Shown: piece after piece, positions 59,992 through 64,000 of the stretch
How the letters are laid out: each line of letters begins with the position of its first letter
Position numbering within the stretch: the first letter of the stretch is position 1
Origin: Neoconidiobolus thromboides FSU 785
Lineage: Eukaryota; Fungi; Entomophthoromycota
Direction of reading: 5' to 3'
Length of the DNA stretch: 64,000 bases
NCBI GenBank assembly: GCA_025603075.1
Contig: MU626303.1
Span: forward strand, 1 to 64,000
Position numbers and translations under genes: made by a program
Notes under the pieces: generated by a model
Seen by the model: only the letters and a program-made list of their open reading frames with translations
What the model was told of the DNA's origin: nothing
Database searches by the model: none

Positions 59992-60326
59992 CTATTTATT
60001 TAAGATAAAATAAAATTGATTTTTATATTAGTATTTCAATACCAAATCTATAACTGATATTAGTCTACCATGGTATTTTAAATTAAGCGAAACTTTATTA
60101 TCCCTATTATTCCTTCTTTTTATAAATATTTCAATAATTTATTATTATCTAAGTCAAAATTTTATACTCATCTGGCTTTATCTAGGTTTTTATTCTATAC
60201 TCTACTATTTAATTAATAATGTTTAACATTAATGACAGTAAATAAAGAATAATTCTTTTGAATTTTTATTTTTTATTCATTTTTAACAATCATATATATT
60301 TAACTATTATCATTTTATATATTTTT

Positions 60327-61895
60327 TTAAAAATAAAGTTTAACTAACTCATCGGATACACCAGAAGGTGTTAATACACCTAAATCCGTCACTAATAAAG
60401 ATATGTATGATGGTGGTGTATAATCTAAACTTGGAGTTTTAACCTAAATAAATTTTATTAATAAATTTTAATTTAATAGTATTTTAAATAATAAATAGTT
60501 TATATAAAGATAATTATTAATTTAAAATTCAAACTAGATAAACTAAATTACTCACCATAATCCCGGTAATATCTGTATGATCTATATGATCACTTTTAAT
60601 AATTTCAGAATAAGCTCGAATTTCAGGTAAATTTAATGGCACCTCCGATTGATTTAATGGAAATAATCGTACAAATTTAAAGCTAATTAATAATAATAAA
60701 ATTAATATAAAGTATCTAAAAATTCCTCTTGTCTTTTTCCATTATAAATTCAATTCACTTACCTTTCAGCCAAGCAGTAAAAAGGCACATTATTAGCTTT
60801 AGCAATAATGGATAATTGATATGTTCCTACCTAAATTAATTAAAAAAATATTAACTCTATTGAAACAAAACTTTATATCATGTTTTTTTTACTTGATTAA
60901 TTAACCCTCCATTTTCAACTACACCTTCCGCCCCAACTAATACTAAATCCACTTGATCCATAATGTATCCTACACCAACATCAAGTATTAATGTTGCATT
61001 GATACCAGCTTCGGTCAATGCTTTAACAGCTGAATAGCTATCAATAAATAACAGAATAGGTTAAATAAAATTAACATATTATTCAAAAAAATTAAAACAA
61101 TATTAAGAGTACTTACCCAGCGGAGGTGGGTCTCGATTCCGTGACATAAACTTTAAATCTTTTTTTCAAACTTAAAGCTAATTGTAAAGCGGACATAACC
61201 ACTCTTGAAAAGGAATGAATTAAGATAACCTATAATAATCAATTATGTTAATAAACTTAATCCTTCTATTTTTCTCTTCTATTTCCTTTCTTTCTTTCTT
61301 CACTTTTGTTTCCTTTCAAAAAAAATAATTACTTTAAAATAAAATCAACTTACCGAATCATCTTTAATAAATTGAATGGCCAAATTAGCAATTCTATCTC
61401 TACAAGTAGCTGCTTTATTACAAAATTGATTTCCTCTATTAATCAAATGCGCTTTAAATAAAGAAAACTCTGTAAATCCAGGTGAACTACGTGTAATAAA
61501 TCGTTGAAATAAATCACAGCCTGCAGAAACTGGGATAGTATTACAAAATGGTACCGTTTTGAGTTGGGAAATTACATTTTCAAGGGTGTTCATTAATTCA
61601 GACATAGTGAGGGCTAAAAAAGTAAGTCAAAAAGTAAGTGGATAAGTTTTATGTGAATTACCTGTATCCTTTTCGATAACTTCGATCAACACTTTGATGG
61701 CCGCGACTGGGATAGCAAATTGCTATGGATAAAATTAGTATATTATTGAAGAATTGGGAATTCTATCTATTTTACTAATTCATTTTTTAGCAAATATTCA
61801 AATCTCTCAATGAAATTGAAGGGGTTATCTAAGAAAAATCGGTTAGTTTATTGTGTTTATATTAATTAATATTAAGATTTACCTATAGTGGACAT
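60327..61895 (-). CDS. GCN3: translation initiation factor eIF2B alpha subunit, multi-exon
   Basis: [52 protein letters not shown]|[32 protein letters not shown]. Confidence 0.94.
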
Positions 61896-62066
61896 CTTTT
61901 TTTAAATAATTTTACAATTTTATTTCTATTTTATTTTTTTAAAAAGCGATTCAGCTCAACTTTTTTGCAATTGGATTCAGCATGATGAATAAAAATTGCA
62001 AAGCTTAAAAAATAAGATGTGGAAAACGTAATTAAAAAATGAGCAAGGGAGATTTTTTTGTAAATT

Positions 62067-63557
62067 ATGGAAGCGTGGAATTTAATTGAAAGTGATCCAG
62101 GTGACTATTTGAAATAACAATAATGAAGAATAAACATAATATACTAAACTAATAATTATAAAAAGAGGTATTCACCAATTTAATCCATAAACTTGGAGTC
62201 AATGGAGTGCAAGCAAAAGAGATTCATATAATGGACCAATTTTTAGAAGATGAAAAAAAGTAAACTTTAATATAAAGCTTCCCTTGAAAATAATTTTTAT
62301 TAACTTTCACTAAAATAGTCAAGTCTATGGCTTAATATTTTGTTTTAAATGGGAAAATAGAAAAGATACACAACTTGAAGAGAACTATACCTCTGATCAA
62401 AACATTTATTTTCCACAACAAGTAAGTTCCATTTGGGTCTATCTTCAACCATCAAAAATATTAGTTAGATTATTAATATAAATTTAGATCATCACTAATG
62501 CTTGTGCTACTCAAGCTATTTTATCCATCTTATTTAATAATAAAAAGATTGAACTTGGTGCTGACTTGACTCAATTTAAAGAATTCTCATTGGACTTTCC
62601 TGCTGATGTGAGACATAACAGCATTTCCTAAATTATAGGAAACTCACTAACTATCCCTCTTTTTTTTAGTTAAAAGGAGAAATGATTGGAAGTTCGGATT
62701 TAATTCGTAATACTCATAATTCGTTTTCAGGGTAAGAGATTAAATAGACAAAGTATATAAAAGAAAATTAATTAATAATATAGTTCGGATGATTTCATAT
62801 CTCAATGGTATAAAGAACATCTAAATGAAGTATATAAAGATCGACCCAAAGAAGATGCATTTCATTTTTCCTCTTTCTTACCAATTAACAATCAATTATT
62901 TGAACTAGATGGTTTAAAAAGAGGACCTATAGAACATGGTAAGTTTTTAAAATGTTATTGAAACAGAATGAAAATGAGTTTTTTTAAATTGTTTTTACTA
63001 TTAGGTCCAATTAATAATGAAAATTGGGTAATTCAAGCATTTGATATTATTAGAAAAAAAATTGAAAGGTGATATGCTATGTTGATATTAACTATTATTG
63101 TATGTTTGTTAACTTATTATAATAGCTATGGTGGTGCAGAATTAAGATTTAATTTAATGGCAATTACAGAAGATGAAATTGATATTTTAAAGAAAAAAAT
63201 TCAATTATTAGAAAATCAATTAATGGAAAATGTAAGTTATTAATAAATTTTTAAAGGTAAATTAATTGATTGTTTTGTTATTATTATGATAGCCAAATGA
63301 GAGTGTATTACAGTATCAATTAATTGAATTAAAAGATCAATTGGAATACTCCGATAGATTAAGACAGAAATCAAAGGTAAAATAAGAGAATTATTTTTTT
63401 ATTTTTTTAGAATTATTTTTTATGTATATAATGTTTTTAGGTGAATTTAGATATCTCTTCTCATAATTTTATACCTTTTCTTTTTAATGTACTTGGTGAA
63501 GCAGCCAAAAACAATCGACTTGGGCCTATTTTAGAGAAATCAAATAAAAAAGAATAG
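62067..63557 (+). CDS. UCH37: ubiquitin C-terminal hydrolase UCH37/UCHL5 family, multi-exon
   Basis: [33 protein letters not shown] (catalytic Cys), DAFHF, ELDGLK, C-terminal HNFIPF. Confidence 0.9.
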
Positions 63558-63790
63558 TTATAATGGAAGGTTTAAATAAAGAATTTGTAATAGTTATTGC
63601 ATAATAATAAGTTATGAACAAGTTTTTTTCATTTTTAAGGGATAGTATTTGTACTTTAATTTTATATAAATTGAACTTTTGAGTTTTTTGTTTATTCTTA
63701 ATATTAAAAGTTAATTGGTTAAAATAACAAATAGATAGATTAAATATTAAAAATACACAATAGAAATTGTTTTAAATAACATTAATAAAG

Positions 63791-64000
63791 ATGAGGACAA
63801 TATTACGTACACCGATAGCATTAACATCTAAGATATTTAAACCAACTATAAAGTTTAACTTAACTTCAATCAATTATAAACTATATCAAAATAATCCATT
63901 ATTAATTACATTAACAAAACCCATAAACACTAAAGTAGAAGCCAATGAAACGTTACTTCCTAACAACAATCTCACCCCCACTCCTATTTCAAAACCATTT
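63791..64000 (+). CDS. 5' end of a gene running off the window, possible mitochondrial presequence
   Basis: 70 open codons from ATG 63791: MRTILRTPIALTSKIFKPTIKFNLTSINYKLYQ..., basic and hydroxylated, no acidic residue in the first 55 aa. Confidence 0.5.
   Translation, partial: MRTILRTPIALTSKIFKPTIKFNLTSINYKLYQNNPLLITLTKPINTKVEANETLLPNNNLTPTPISKPF

Overview
This is AT-rich nuclear DNA with many short (about 45-100 bp) GT..AG introns, from an early-diverging fungus. Entomophthoromycotina/Conidiobolus-like is my inference. There are about 28 protein-coding loci. Recognisable genes are INO1 (3' part), CYP51/ERG11, pyridoxal kinase, ERG3, a DHA2 MFS pump, Pol eta, Vps74/GOLPH3, a Bet1-like SNARE, PMP3 (missed by the ORF track), a Gap1-type RasGAP, GMP synthase, a secreted tyrosinase, a GNAT, importin-5, a RING-H2 ligase, a sphingomyelin-synthase-family enzyme, a rhomboid, an Integrator subunit 6 homologue, eIF2B alpha and UCH37. 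Two things stand out. (1) Four DUF4436-like paralogues (11.6-26.7 kb) carry the motif pattern of pentameric ligand-gated (Pro-loop) ion channels, apparently circularly permuted so that an M4-like helix sits at the N-terminus. (2) A ~105-bp fold-back interspersed repeat occurs about 18 times, always between genes; one copy is nested in a larger element with related termini and two form a 93-bp-arm perfect palindrome. Family assignments come from motif recognition only, and reference motifs are quoted from memory; no searches were run.
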